Source: Neoconidiobolus thromboides FSU 785 (taxonomy: Eukaryota; Fungi; Entomophthoromycota). From it: a stretch of DNA of 64,000 nt. A program made the position numbers and the translations under genes. A model generated the notes under the pieces. That model saw only the letters and a program-made list of their open reading frames with translations. It was not told the DNA's origin and did no database searches. Within the stretch, counting starts at the first letter, position 1. Each line of letters begins with the position of its first letter. This document shows, piece by piece, positions 35,863-47,331 of the stretch. The stretch spans positions 129,479 to 193,478 of the forward strand of contig MU626273.1 of assembly GCA_025603075.1 (NCBI GenBank), written 5' to 3'.

Positions 35863-36897
35863 ATGAACTTACAACTACTATTTTTCATAGTATTATCCAT
35901 CACATCTACCGCTTCAGAATCCGCCTACTCTTCCAAAGCATCTAGTGAATGGCAAGGTTACGAAGAGGTCCAACGCCAACTTAACAATACCCAAAGTGAT
36001 GCAAATAACTTAACTGTTAATCTAGGTGTTAGTTCTAGAAGCGGTATATTTAATATCCTCGGTAATATATTAAATGATAACAAACAATCATCCGCCATCT
36101 CGCCAAAAATCCTAAGTATTGAAGAAGTAAGATCATATACTCAATTCGCTGGTGCTGCTTATTGCAAAAACATTCAACAATGGTCATGTTATCCATACTG
36201 TACTTCTTTTAGGCCAGGGGAGATTAAGGTGATCCATGTGATCCGTAGTGATCAGTATGATATTGATGGTTATATTGCATACAAAGGACAAAATGAACTT
36301 ATAGTTGCTATTCGAGGTAGTAAATCATTAAATAATTGGATAGTGGATGGTTTGTTATTTCAAACAACCATTGAGTTACCACCACCATACAATCAAGCTA
36401 AAGTCCATTTTGGTTTTAATAAAGCTAGTTTAGCTGTGTTATCTCAAATTGGGGAAGTGCTTAAAAGGGAAGTTAATGTTAATCCAAAAGTAAAAATTAC
36501 TCTCCTTGGGCATAGTTTAGGTGGATCTATTATGGGTATGCTATCACATTATTTGGTCCAATACAAATATATCACTTTTGATCAATTTCAGTTAATCACT
36601 TTCGGTATGCCAAGAGTTGGGGATGCTACATATGCAAAGTATATTAATAGCAATGTTAAAACATTAGCTAGGATCACTCATCAAACTGATTTTATTCCTT
36701 TGATACCACCAATAGCTTTGAACTATTTGCATTTTAATAACGAAATAAATGTACAAGGGATAGGCAATGATGCCAAAGCTAAGCTTTGTTTAAATGCTGC
36801 TGGTGAGGATCCTACTTGTATCATAAACCCATTACAGTTGAGATCTTGGCCAGCTCATTTCCAATATTGGGATGTCACGTTTGATCAATGTCAATAA
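35863..36897 (+). CDS. Secreted class-3 triacylglycerol lipase
   Basis: Signal peptide, FAGAAYC, IRGS oxyanion region, GHSLG nucleophile, TFGMPRVG, catalytic D (TDFIP) and H (AHFQY). Confidence 0.92.
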   Translation: MNLQLLFFIVLSITSTASESAYSSKASSEWQGYEEVQRQLNNTQSDANNLTVNLGVSSRSGIFNILGNILNDNKQSSAISPKILSIEEVRSYTQFAGAAYCKNIQQWSCYPYCTSFRPGEIKVIHVIRSDQYDIDGYIAYKGQNELIVAIRGSKSLNNWIVDGLLFQTTIELPPPYNQAKVHFGFNKASLAVLSQIGEVLKREVNVNPKVKITLLGHSLGGSIMGMLSHYLVQYKYITFDQFQLITFGMPRVGDATYAKYINSNVKTLARITHQTDFIPLIPPIALNYLHFNNEINVQGIGNDAKAKLCLNAAGEDPTCIINPLQLRSWPAHFQYWDVTFDQCQ

Positions 36898-37087
36898 GGG
36901 ATATTAAAATTAATTCTTAATAAAGTAATATATTAAAGCTAAGATGATTGTACATTTTTTCAAACTTTCATTTTGATATACATTTTAATTTAAAATCATT
37001 CTAAAAATACAACGTAAATTTAATAAATAATTAGTTATAGTTATATACTCAACTTAAAAAAATAATAACTAAAAATAATAATTAAAT

Positions 37088-37183
37088 GGGGATGTCTTTT
37101 TTGACTTCATTATTTTTCCATCTTTAAGCGCTATTTGGGTGGAAAATTGTTAGTAAAATTCTTAAATCCAAAAATACATACCC
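37088..37183 (+). mobile_element. MITE family 1, copy i
   Basis: GGGGATGT...ACATACCC; TSD AAAT/AAAT. Confidence 0.9.
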
Positions 37184-37222
37184 AAATAGTAGGAACTCAT
37201 TTTTTTTAACTAGATAAGATAT

Positions 37223-37319
37223 GGAGGTGTTTTTTTATTTCATCAATTTTTCCATGTTTCAAGCACTATTTGAGCGGAAAAAGTGTTAGTAAAATTCTTA
37301 AATACAAAAATATAACCCC
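37223..37319 (+). mobile_element. MITE family 1, copy j
   Basis: GGAGGTGT...ATAACCCC; left flank ATAT, right flank TATAT. Confidence 0.85.
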
Positions 37320-37647
37320 TATATTCCAAATTAGTAAATCAGTTTTGAAAGGTCATTACACTACGATAAGAAATGATGATTAATTTTTCTTGTTCATCAG
37401 TAGCAGCAATTACTAATAAACCAAAGTCCTCATTTTGAAAATTTTTAATATTTGCAAATATTTGTTTACAAAGACATTCTTAATTAAGAATTTTCTCTAC
37501 TGGACATGTAGAAATTAAGAAACAGAGTAAATTTTTTGAATATCTTCAATGGTATCATTTTTGACATTTCTTAGCAAGATCGATTTTTTGGCAGTACATT
37601 TATAAACAATTTGTATAAATCTTGGGTAAGACTACCAGTAAGTATAT

Positions 37648-37745
37648 AGGGATATATTTTTTTGTTTAGGAGCTTTACTAACAATCTTTCCACTCAAATA
37701 GCGCTTAAAAATAGAAAAGGTAATAAAATCAAAAAATGTGTCCCC
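37648..37745 (-). mobile_element. MITE family 1, copy k
   Basis: AGGGATAT...GTGTCCCC; TSD ATAT/ATAT. Confidence 0.88.
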
Positions 37746-38942
37746 ATATCTTTTCTAAAATTGGGCACATCTTCAAAAGATTACTGCTCCCAGCTGAGAG
37801 TAACCGTCTAACACCAACCACTCAAGCTAATGGTTCGTTTCCATAAATCATTTTATGAGGCAGTAAAAGATATACTTAAAGTGAGTGTTAATAGCTTGAT
37901 TGATTTGCTATTATAATCTTCTTTTAATACTAGATTTAACTTACTATTGTATTTATGTATTTTCAAATGTTTTTAACGAACAGTAACAATAAATCCTATT
38001 GTAGACCATATTATAATAGTACAGATCTGAACGCTCCTTTGATTATAATGTTATTTTTTATAAAAAGCCTTCACAAATGATAGCATTCAGCTGACGAATC
38101 TTTATAGGGGTTTCTTTTAAGCTAAAAAGATGGTTGGGTATAGATCCCAATATAAGAGGAGGAAGAAGAGGTATATATAAAAATACTAAATGTTTTATTA
38201 TAGTATTACAAAGCTATAAAGCGACATAAAATATTAATTAAAATTTTAGATATAAAGATGAATGGATAGAAGCATTGATCCAATGATAGCACGTGAGATC
38301 AATACTGTATGAATATATTTTTATACTACTCAGAATGGTTTTTAAATTTCTAAATTTGTTTTTAGCTACAACTTTTTAAAATAATGTTTAAATATAAAAA
38401 ACATTATTAAGTTTAATCTCATGGATTAGCTTGAAAACTTAGTTCAAGTTTGTCCAATTTGATTTTTGGATTTCAAATTAAGCACCAAGTACTATCAAGA
38501 TATTGCTTTTTTACTTAATTTTAAAACAAATCTATATTGGAATGTTTTTTAGTTTTTAGTTTTCTTTTCAAATTTTATACTATAGAGGAAATAGATAAAA
38601 AGCGAATTACAAATTTTAATTCTAACCAGACTTTTAGACTTACTCATATTTAAAGCTATTCTAAAAATTCACTTAAAAATGCTCGAAATAAACTATGTAA
38701 GAGCTTTTTTAAGTTACTTCAAATAAAAAATAAACAACATAGTTAATAATACATTTTATGTAAATTACTTGATTTGAAGTAAACTATAGCTTTTATTTTT
38801 AGTTAAACAACGTTTTGCTTGAATATCCTGAACTTTTGGTCAGAGTCTACTTTTTTAACAGTAATATTCTATTTCATTGCAAATCAAACTTGCTTAATTT
38901 TCAAGTATATATATAAAAATCCGTTTTTAAATAATAAGTTAA

Positions 38943-39013
38943 GTCAATGTAGTATAGTGGTAGTACACCGCGTTGTGGCCGCGATAGCGGGGGTTCGATT
39001 CCCCCCATTGACA
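38943..39013 (+). tRNA. tRNA-His: tRNA-His (GTG), copy 1
   Basis: Acceptor GTCAATG/CATTGAC, anticodon loop TTGTGGC, T arm GGGGG-TTCGATT-CCCCC; no encoded G-1. Confidence 0.94.
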
Positions 39014-39014
39014 T

Positions 39015-39106
39015 GATGTTTTAACTTCGTTACTTTTTGCATCTTTTTAAGCATTATTTGAGTTGGCAAACTGTTAGTAGAATTCTTAAGCATAAAAAAC
39101 ATCCCC
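39015..39106 (+). mobile_element. MITE family 1, copy l (left TIR eroded), abutting tRNA-His
   Basis: GATGTTTTAACTTCGTTACTTTTTGCATC...ACATCCCC. Confidence 0.8.
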
Positions 39107-39216
39107 ATAATATTATTAAAAAAACCTTTTCAATAATAGACATTTAAATTTGTTTTTTAAAATTAAGAATTATTTTATTACAAATAAGATAAATACTTTC
39201 TATTTATCTAATATAT

Positions 39217-39307
39217 GGGGATGTTTTTTTTGGGTTCATTATTTTTTCCATCTTTTAAGCGCTATTTGAGTAGAAAAATTGTTAGCAAAATTCTTAAATA
39301 CATCCCC
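39217..39307 (+). mobile_element. MITE family 1, copy m
   Basis: GGGGATGT...ACATCCCC with small internal deletion; flanks ATAT/AATA. Confidence 0.88.
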
Positions 39308-39609
39308 AATATATTTTTAAATTTATATCAAGCTTTTTAGGATTTTTGTTTTTAGAATTTTTTATCTAAAATTTATTTCTGAACATTCTAAGTTTTTTAT
39401 AAAAATTATTGAGTAATGATTACTGAAAAAAATAGAACCTATTTCAGTATAAAACTCACAGTTTGAAGCAATATCTAGTTAGCAATGAATTTTCAATCAC
39501 ACCAATTTTAAAATTGACCAATAGAAATTGAAAAAGTATAGAATAAAAAAAACAAAAGACTAAAAAGCAAATTAATTTTATTCAACTTGATAAAAATTAG
39601 TAAATACAA

Positions 39610-40194
39610 ATGAGTAGTGAGAAGCCAACAGCACGAGTTATCGAAGATATATTATTTGAGGATAATTTGTTATTTTGTCAAAAACATCATGAAGAAGTTT
39701 GTTTTGAATGTGATGAAGATTATTCTGATGTTAACTTGATGGGAAGAGCTTTTCGTGCTAACCGTGGTTTTCTTCCACCACCCAATCCAGAACAGCAAAA
39801 ACGTATTGGTGAATTAAAAACAATTGGGAATGATTGTTTTAAAAATAAAGATTATGATAAATCCATTGATGCTTATTCTAAAGCTATTACTTGTTCTCGT
39901 ATGAGACCAGTATGGGACCCACCTCAGTTATTATCCGAAGAAATAACTGTACTTTTATCAAATAGAGCTGCCTGCTTTTTAGAAAAAGGGTTTTTTGTTA
40001 ATGCTTTTTATGATGCGGAAATTGTTACTAGGATTCGTCCTACTTGGCCAAAAGGCTTCTTTCGTAAAGGTAGAGCTTTGTTTGGTTTAGGTCGTTATGG
40101 TGAAGCTGTTGACGCTTTTGAAAGAGCTATTTCATTAGACCCAGAATCAAAGGATATTCGTCATTATTTGGAGTTAGCTTTAGCAGAAATTTAA
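39610..40194 (+). CDS. SEC72: Sec72-like TPR subunit of the Sec63 complex
   Basis: CxxH..xCxxC N-terminus, PPPNP, GN-F TPR start, RPVWDP...EEITVLLSNRA, WPKGFFRKG, as in fungal Sec72. Confidence 0.85.
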   Translation: MSSEKPTARVIEDILFEDNLLFCQKHHEEVCFECDEDYSDVNLMGRAFRANRGFLPPPNPEQQKRIGELKTIGNDCFKNKDYDKSIDAYSKAITCSRMRPVWDPPQLLSEEITVLLSNRAACFLEKGFFVNAFYDAEIVTRIRPTWPKGFFRKGRALFGLGRYGEAVDAFERAISLDPESKDIRHYLELALAEI

Positions 40195-40380
40195 AATAGC
40201 AGATAGGGTGATTTTTATATATAAAATGGATTTAAATATTTAAATTTATTTGATTATCATTTCGATTTCTTTAAATATTTATATTAGTTATTAACAATAA
40301 AATTATAAGTGATAATAAAATATAAATAACAAATAAAGGCCAGTTTTATTTAAAAACACGCTTTTTTATTGTATTCTATT

Positions 40381-42029
40381 CTATTCATTTTCATCATCAA
40401 AATTAAAATTAAAGCTAAATCCACCAACGTTATTATCGTTATTATCCTTCTCCTTATTGTTATCTTCAGTTAAAATTTCCCAATTACTTTTAATTTTAGT
40501 TTCTTTTTTTAAAGATTTAATATTTTCTACTAACTCTGGATTCAATTTAGCATATTCTTTTTCAAACGCGTCAAATAAAGGTCCATTTTTGTTACAATCC
40601 CAACCCGAAATCTGTTCTTCTTTAAAATATAAAAATTTTAATACTTTATCTACATTTTGATGAGATACATAATTTTGTGTAATAGCAATAGAGTCGTCTA
40701 AATTAACTACTAAATGCCACCAACCGGATGGCACAAACATGATTTCACCTGCTTTACAAATAGCTTCAATAGGTTGGTATTCCTGGGCTAATTTATAATA
40801 ATTTAAATGCCATTCCATTATAGATACTGGCGATGTAACTTCAGATTCATCTGAGTTTGTAAATACCCCAGGTGGTAATTGATTTGGTGGAAATAAAATC
40901 CATTTCTTTGAGCCTGTTATGACTGCATTCCAAGCCGAAGTGGCATTTGGATCTTTATGAAATGTACTACCACTTCTCTTTGGTCCTATAATTAACCAGC
41001 GATAATCTGGACGTTTATCTTCACCTATTTTAGAATAATTTATTCCATATGTTTTAGTATACAATAATGATAATGATAATTACCTAATAAACTAAATAAA
41101 TCATCTTTAAAATATTCAGGTACTTCAAAATCCTTATCAATATTTGGACAATTTTTAGTAAAGTGTTTATCAAATAAATAAATTGGAGATTCATCTCGAT
41201 TATTGTTTGAATATTGGAAATAGTTTTTTAATTTAATATTTACACTTTCAGCAATAAAATCTTGTGTATCAAAATTTTCCATTAAATAATCTTCATTCCA
41301 TTTATTAAATGCTGGCCATTTATTTACTATATCTGTTATAATAACTGGTTTATTAGGAAGTTCATATTCTTCTATAAATTCCTTATAACTTAAATTGCTT
41401 CTTCTTTCTATATTTTCTTTTCCTAAATATTGATACATTGAATTACTTGTACATAACCATGATTGATACAAGTTATCCGAATAGATCCACTTCACCTTAA
41501 CTGGAAATAATTTACTATCTTCATAAACCTCATCTTCTTTATCTTCTTTCTTTTCCCCTTGTCCTTCTTTACTATACTTCCTTTCTAAATAAGTTTGTCT
41601 CCAAGAGCCTTTAAACATAAAATCCCCATTAAATTCTTTGACTACTCTTTCTTTCCAATTATCCTCTAAATAAGATAATATATAAAACATAGGACTTAAA
41701 TTAGCTAAAGAAGAAATAGAGATCCCATCTAAATAACTTAATACTTCTAGTAACAATTCATCACTTAATTTAGACAATGAACCCAATCCCCGAGATCTTA
41801 AGTTGGGTATAAAATTGGGGTGTTCTTTATCAAATAATAAATTACCATATGGTTTGATACCTAATGGATGAGTTTGACTAAGTAATCGTGACACTTTTTC
41901 GGTGTAAACTCCATCTTCAACCTCAGCTTCAACTTCGTCTTCTATTTGGCTACTGAACCTTACTTTCTTCTTAGTATTAGTAAGGTCATTGTTTCTTATT
42001 GATGATTTTAATTTTATATTAGAACCCAT
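40381..42029 (-). CDS. F-box plus JmjC (JMJD6-like) oxygenase; join complement(42029..41084,41024..40381)
   Basis: F-box LSKLSDELLLEVLSYLD; cupin YRWLIIGPKRSGSTFHKDPN (HxD) and WWHLV (third Fe ligand). Confidence 0.9.
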
Positions 42030-42225
42030 ATTAAAATAAGATAAAAAAATAATGAATAAAAATTTGTTACTTATTAAAAGAACCAATGAAAACCTAATTT
42101 TTAAAAAAATTTAGATTTTTTGGGCCATGCTTTAAATTTCCAGTTATTAAATTACAAGCTAAACTTTTTACTTTTTTTAAAAAGAGAGATTTTAAATCAA
42201 TAGAAACAATAATACATAGATAGAT

Positions 42226-43447
42226 ATGCCACCAAAGAAACAAGCACCTACAAAAGCAGATAAAGACCGACAAAAAGCAAAAGCTAAAGTAGCTGAAGAT
42301 AAAACTTTTGGTTTAAAAAATAAAAAAAAGTCAGCTAAAGTTGGTCGATATGTTGAAGAAGTTAAAAAACAAGCTCAACATATTGGTAACCCAAAGTTGG
42401 TAAGTTATAATAACTGAATTATTATATATATGCTATATATTAAATAAATGTTATAGAAAGCTGCTGAAGAAGAAAAGGCACTTCAAAAGAAAAAGAGAGA
42501 AGAAGAAGAAGCTCGTAAAAAAGAATTACATGACTTATTTAAACCAATTGTTGTTACTCAAAAAGTACCTTTTGGTACTGATCCAAAAACTGTATTATGT
42601 GCTCATTTTAAAGCGGGTACTTGTATCAAAGGTAAAAAATGTAAATTTAGTCATGACTTAAACGCCGAAAGAAAAGGTGCTAAAAGGGATCTTTATACTG
42701 ATTCTAGAGATGAAACTAAAGGTAAATTTTATTTATTTATTTAGTACATTAATAATAATATACTAATCAATTATAACTATAATATTTATTAAAAAAATAA
42801 ATAGAAAATGATACTATGGACACTTGGGATGATAAGAAATTAGCTGAAGTTGTATTATCAAAACATGGAAATCCAAAAACAACTACAGACATTGTTTGTA
42901 AATTTTTCTTAGAAGCTATCGATAACCAAAAATATGGTTGGTTTTGGGAATGTCCAAACGGTGGTCTTCAATGCAAATATCGCCATGCTTTACCACCAGG
43001 TTTCGTTTTAAAAAGTAAAAAGAAAGAAGAAATTAAACAAGAAATTTCATTGGATGAATTTTTAGAAACGGAAGTAAGTTTTAAAATAATACTACATGAG
43101 ATAAAATTTATTCAACTTTTTTCTATTAGCGTCATAAATTAGGCACTAATTTAACCCCAGTAACATTAGAAACATTTACTGAATGGAAAAAGAAGCGCCT
43201 TGAAAAAATTGAAAAAGAAGAAAATGAATTAAAGAAACAAAAAGATAAAGCCATGCAAGCTGGAAGAAATCTACAACTTTCAGGTAGAGAATTATTTGAT
43301 TATAATCCTGATTTGGCTTTCGATAATGAGTATGATGACGATGAAGATGCCTTTGAAGTTGATGCTTATAGAATTAAGGAAAATAATGAGGATGAAAGTG
43401 TGATAGGATCATCAAAGATGATGGAACAAATGAGTGTCGAATCTTAA
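42226..43447 (+). CDS. TMA46: CCCH zinc-finger DRG-family regulator Tma46/ZC3H15, four exons
   Basis: [47 protein letters not shown]...[21 protein letters not shown]. Confidence 0.95.
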
Positions 43448-43830
43448 TATATTGGGAAGTAAATAAATGATGATGATTTTTAAATCTTTTTGTTATCGTT
43501 TTTGTGAAAGTATGTTAGATTTAAACAAACTGAAGGTTTTAAAACCAAAATAAATCGAAGGCTTAAACAAACAGTTTAATTAAAGAACTTATTTTAAAAA
43601 AGAGTAATTAAGGAGTATATTTAATAAATTATGTAATATTTATATTCGCACAGTTTTTAGTATAAATTCTAAATTCAGTTTAAAACCCAATTACCATTAA
43701 AATAGTACTATCAGATTTTTAAAACTACGGCTTATTAAAAAAACCTATGAAGAATAATGATGTCATCCAATCTTATAAAAATGAAAACAAAATATTAAAC
43801 TCTCTATTTGTATTCAAAACAGTAAAAAAG

Positions 43831-45021
43831 ATGAATTTCATTAGTGATTTAGTCCAAAAAGTAGGCGGAGAAACTGCGGTTAATTTGATCAATGATCAAG
43901 TAACTCCCTTAATCCTTAACAATCTTAAACCCAATATTCAACAATATGTCAATAGTCATGTAGAACGTACCCGTGGTGAGCTATTTCAACAATTACCTAA
44001 GGGAGTTTATGATGTATTAGATGATATTTTACCTGATGGTTTGAATCGAAATAATAATGGTGGTGGTAATGCAAGAGGGTTAGGTGATGATGCTAGAGGA
44101 TTTATGGAAGATATTCAAAATAAGATTAGAGAAAAGATTGAGGAAATTTTAAATAGTATTACTGAAAAAGTAAGACAAATTGTTAGTGAAGTTACTGGAT
44201 CAACTACCAATAGAGCTACAGATTCTGTAGTAGATATTGCTAAATCAAAACTTAAATTAGGTGCTAAAAGAGAAGTTGAATTTAATAATAACAATAATAA
44301 TGTAAGTACAAGAGGTTTTGGGGATAGTTCTAATAATAATCAAAATAACAATAACGGTGATTTTATTGATAATTTTATTAACTCATCTTTAAATGATATA
44401 CGTCCTTTGGTCAGAGGTGAATTAAAAGGGATTTATCAAAGTATTTTAGAATTAGTTCCACAAGATGCTAGAAGAATTCTCTGTGCTATTGTACCTGGCT
44501 TAGAGGATAATAATCAGAATCAAAATCAAAATCAAAATCAACAGTTTAGCAATAACAGCAATAATCAACAATTTAGTAATAATAACTTTAATCAAGGACA
44601 ACAATTTTATAATAATGGTAATAACTACAACAATCAAAGTCAACAATATGGCAATGATAATTATAATCAAGGTCAACAATTTAATAATAATAACCAAGCT
44701 CAAGGTTCATTTAACAACTCACGCGGTATTGAAGAAAATAACCCAAATGTAACTAGCCGCGGGTTATTTAGTGATATTAAAAATTTCGCTCATCAAGTGA
44801 AAGATGAAATGAAACAAAGTGGTATGGGATCTTTAATAGGTAAAGGGAACTCAGGTAGTAGTAGTCGAGAATTATTAGATGAATTTCAAAATAAAGCTAG
44901 AGCTAAAGTAGATGTTATTACTACCAAATTAATGGAAATTTTAGAAGATAAAATTATGAATACGGTTGGACAGGAACTTTCTAGTTTAGCTAAAAATAAA
45001 TTAAATAGTTTGAAATTTTGA
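43831..45021 (+). CDS. Hypothetical helical-repeat protein with Q/N-rich prion-like insert (start likely MNFISD at 43831)
   Basis: Single long ORF; two related helical modules; N/Q/F/Y-rich tract about 44500-44720. Confidence 0.8.
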   Translation: MNFISDLVQKVGGETAVNLINDQVTPLILNNLKPNIQQYVNSHVERTRGELFQQLPKGVYDVLDDILPDGLNRNNNGGGNARGLGDDARGFMEDIQNKIREKIEEILNSITEKVRQIVSEVTGSTTNRATDSVVDIAKSKLKLGAKREVEFNNNNNNVSTRGFGDSSNNNQNNNNGDFIDNFINSSLNDIRPLVRGELKGIYQSILELVPQDARRILCAIVPGLEDNNQNQNQNQNQQFSNNSNNQQFSNNNFNQGQQFYNNGNNYNNQSQQYGNDNYNQGQQFNNNNQAQGSFNNSRGIEENNPNVTSRGLFSDIKNFAHQVKDEMKQSGMGSLIGKGNSGSSSRELLDEFQNKARAKVDVITTKLMEILEDKIMNTVGQELSSLAKNKLNSLKF

Positions 45022-45099
45022 GGAGTAAGAAAAGACTGAGAGAAAGTGAAGATAATTTTTTTATTCAAATAAAATGATATATATGTATTTATACTTTAT

Positions 45100-45777
45100 T
45101 TATGATATTGTTTTTATATTATTTATACAAGTGGACGGATTTTTTAATAAGCCATCTTGTTCAAAAAGATCTCGAATAGTAAAACCTAATGTAATATGTG
45201 GAAAAAAATCTCTTGGTTTAAATAAATTATATTCACCACCATTTAATAAATAATAATTTTGAATAAAATATCTTAAATTAATTAATTCTATTATTGGTTT
45301 ATATTCTATTGTAGATGAACTTAATATTACAAAATAAGCTGTAGATGTAATAGTACTGTTGTTATAGTTAATATTTAAGGTGCTGCTACCTAAACAATAT
45401 GGGTGAAATTGGACGTTTTGAATGGTGTTATTTTTAAAGAAGAAATCGATTAATTGATTTAATTGAATAATATCAATACCAACAGTAGTTAATAATTCAT
45501 ATTCTGGTGGTGTTATTACAGTTATATGAGCTTCTCCGCGGTTCTGTAAAGATTGATTAAAATGTTGTTCATAATGATGAATGTAGTTTAATTGATCATA
45601 AAAGTTATTAGTTAATAAAGTTTGATTTAAATTGATTTGAATGTAATTATCTTTAAGAATATAAGGAACAACACTACTATTGAAAAACTCTATGGGGATG
45701 GCTAAGCTTATTTTGGGGTTGATATAAGTGATATATAATAGATAAAAGATTAAAATTAAAATAAATAGGAGTTTCAT
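45100..45777 (-). CDS. Secreted or signal-anchored 2H phosphoesterase-family protein
   Basis: N-terminal hydrophobic stretch; two HxT motifs (GEAHITVITPPE, FPHITLGF) about 110 aa apart; several N-x-S/T sequons; two Cys. Confidence 0.8.
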   Translation of the reverse strand: MKLLFILILIFYLLYITYINPKISLAIPIEFFNSSVVPYILKDNYIQINLNQTLLTNNFYDQLNYIHHYEQHFNQSLQNRGEAHITVITPPEYELLTTVGIDIIQLNQLIDFFFKNNTIQNVQFHPYCLGSSTLNINYNNSTITSTAYFVILSSSTIEYKPIIELINLRYFIQNYYLLNGGEYNLFKPRDFFPHITLGFTIRDLFEQDGLLKNPSTCINNIKTIS

Positions 45778-45872
45778 TTTGTTGATTAAAATAAAAAGGT
45801 TTTTTTTAGAGAATACGTAGTCAAGTAATTTTTGTTATTTCCTGTTTTTTTAAATCTAAATTTATTTTTCAA

Positions 45873-47196
45873 ATGGGTCAACTAAAATATCAATTTACAA
45901 CTCCTTGTTTTCCATATCAAAAACATGAGTATTATGGTAATGACCATATCTTGAATTATCCATTGTTGAGTTTATTAGACAATAAAGAATTTGAAGATAA
46001 AAGTATAGAAAGAGACCAAACCATAGGGAATAAATCAAAAGATGAATCAATCCATTCCCAATCAGAACAACATCAAGACGAAAGAGAAGTATTAAAAGAA
46101 GAAATTTATAAAGTGTTTAAAAAAGAAAGTAGTGTCGAATTATCTTATTTATTAAAAAAGTACTTTAAAAATAGTACAATTAATTTAAATCAACTAAAAC
46201 TATATGAAAATAGTAACTTATTACACTTAGCAGTTTATAATGATAACTTGAAAGTAATCAAATATTTAATCGAAGATTTAGATATTTATATTGATCAAAT
46301 GGATGATTATATGGAGGTAAATTTACTATTATATATTACTGATTTACTAATTTAAAATTAATCAAATACAACAGACAGCTTTATTAAAATCAATAAAAAG
46401 AGGTAATTTAGCTATTAGTAATTATTTAATCTCTAAGGGAGCGGATATCAATAAAAAAGATTATCAAGGGTTTAATGCGTTACATAAAGCGAGTGGGTCT
46501 GGAAACTTAGATTTAGTGAAATTAATCATAGAAGAATATCATATAAGTCCAAACTCAATATCTGATACTAAATTCACACCATTGATGACCGCAAGTACCA
46601 AGAACCAATTAGATATAATAAAATATTTAGTAAATCAAATCTATCAGCCAGTTGATGTTTTGATTGCTAATGAATTGAATATAACTGCTTATTCTATTGC
46701 TTGTTCATGTAAATATTATCAAATAGCTGATATTTTATATAAAGCCGAAATTAAACAAAGTAGTAAGGAAATGGAATATCACACTACCCCACATCAACAA
46801 ATAATGGTAATGGTCTATGAAAACCAACGAATGGAAAAGTTGGGTGGAATAATGAATTTTTTTCAAACCCAAAAAAAGATCAAATTTACTCAACAAGCTT
46901 TATTAAAATCAGATAATATTACATCATTTCAACTCGCCAATAGTACCAATAATAATCCCATAGATCTTCTCACCTTTGAGTTACCAAAACACCAATATGG
47001 CTCCTGGGACTGGTTATCAGAGTGGGAAATATTTAAAAGCGAAGGTTATAATCCTAAACTAGGTTGGCAATATAATACTGAATTTAATTCAAATACACCT
47101 TGGAGTCCAAATTTTTCTTATGAATTAAAACATCAAGTGAGAAGAAGAGCTTGGATACGTATTGCTTCTAGGGAAACTATGGAAATTCTGTTTTAG
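45873..47196 (+). CDS. Ankyrin-repeat protein with C-terminal DysF/peroxin-like domain; join(45873..46316,46375..47196)
   Basis: ANK units LLHLAV, TALLKS..GN, ALHKASGSGNLDLVKLI, TPLMTAS; C-terminal W.W...W...GWQY..F...W...VRRRAWIR. Confidence 0.82.
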
Positions 47197-47331
47197 TTTC
47201 ATAAATTTTGTTTTATTTTTAATAAAATAGTTGACAGCACTTTATTAGTTTTATGTATCTACACTACCTTATTTATCTTCTTTATTTAAAAATTTACTAT
47301 TTATAATTTATTTCATTTGCATGAACCTCAA

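Noticed and set aside
37184-37200. Copies i and n share a downstream flank AAATAGTAG(G/A)AACT
   Set aside because: May be chance in AT-rich DNA or a carried flank. Recorded as a caveat to reading AAAT as a TSD, but TTAT/TTAT at copy g independently supports the 4-bp model.
43747-43830. Upstream ATG extensions at 43747 (and 42086 for the F-box/JmjC gene)
   Set aside because: Extensions have UTR-like AT composition; downstream ATGs at 43831 and 42029 begin protein-like sequence.
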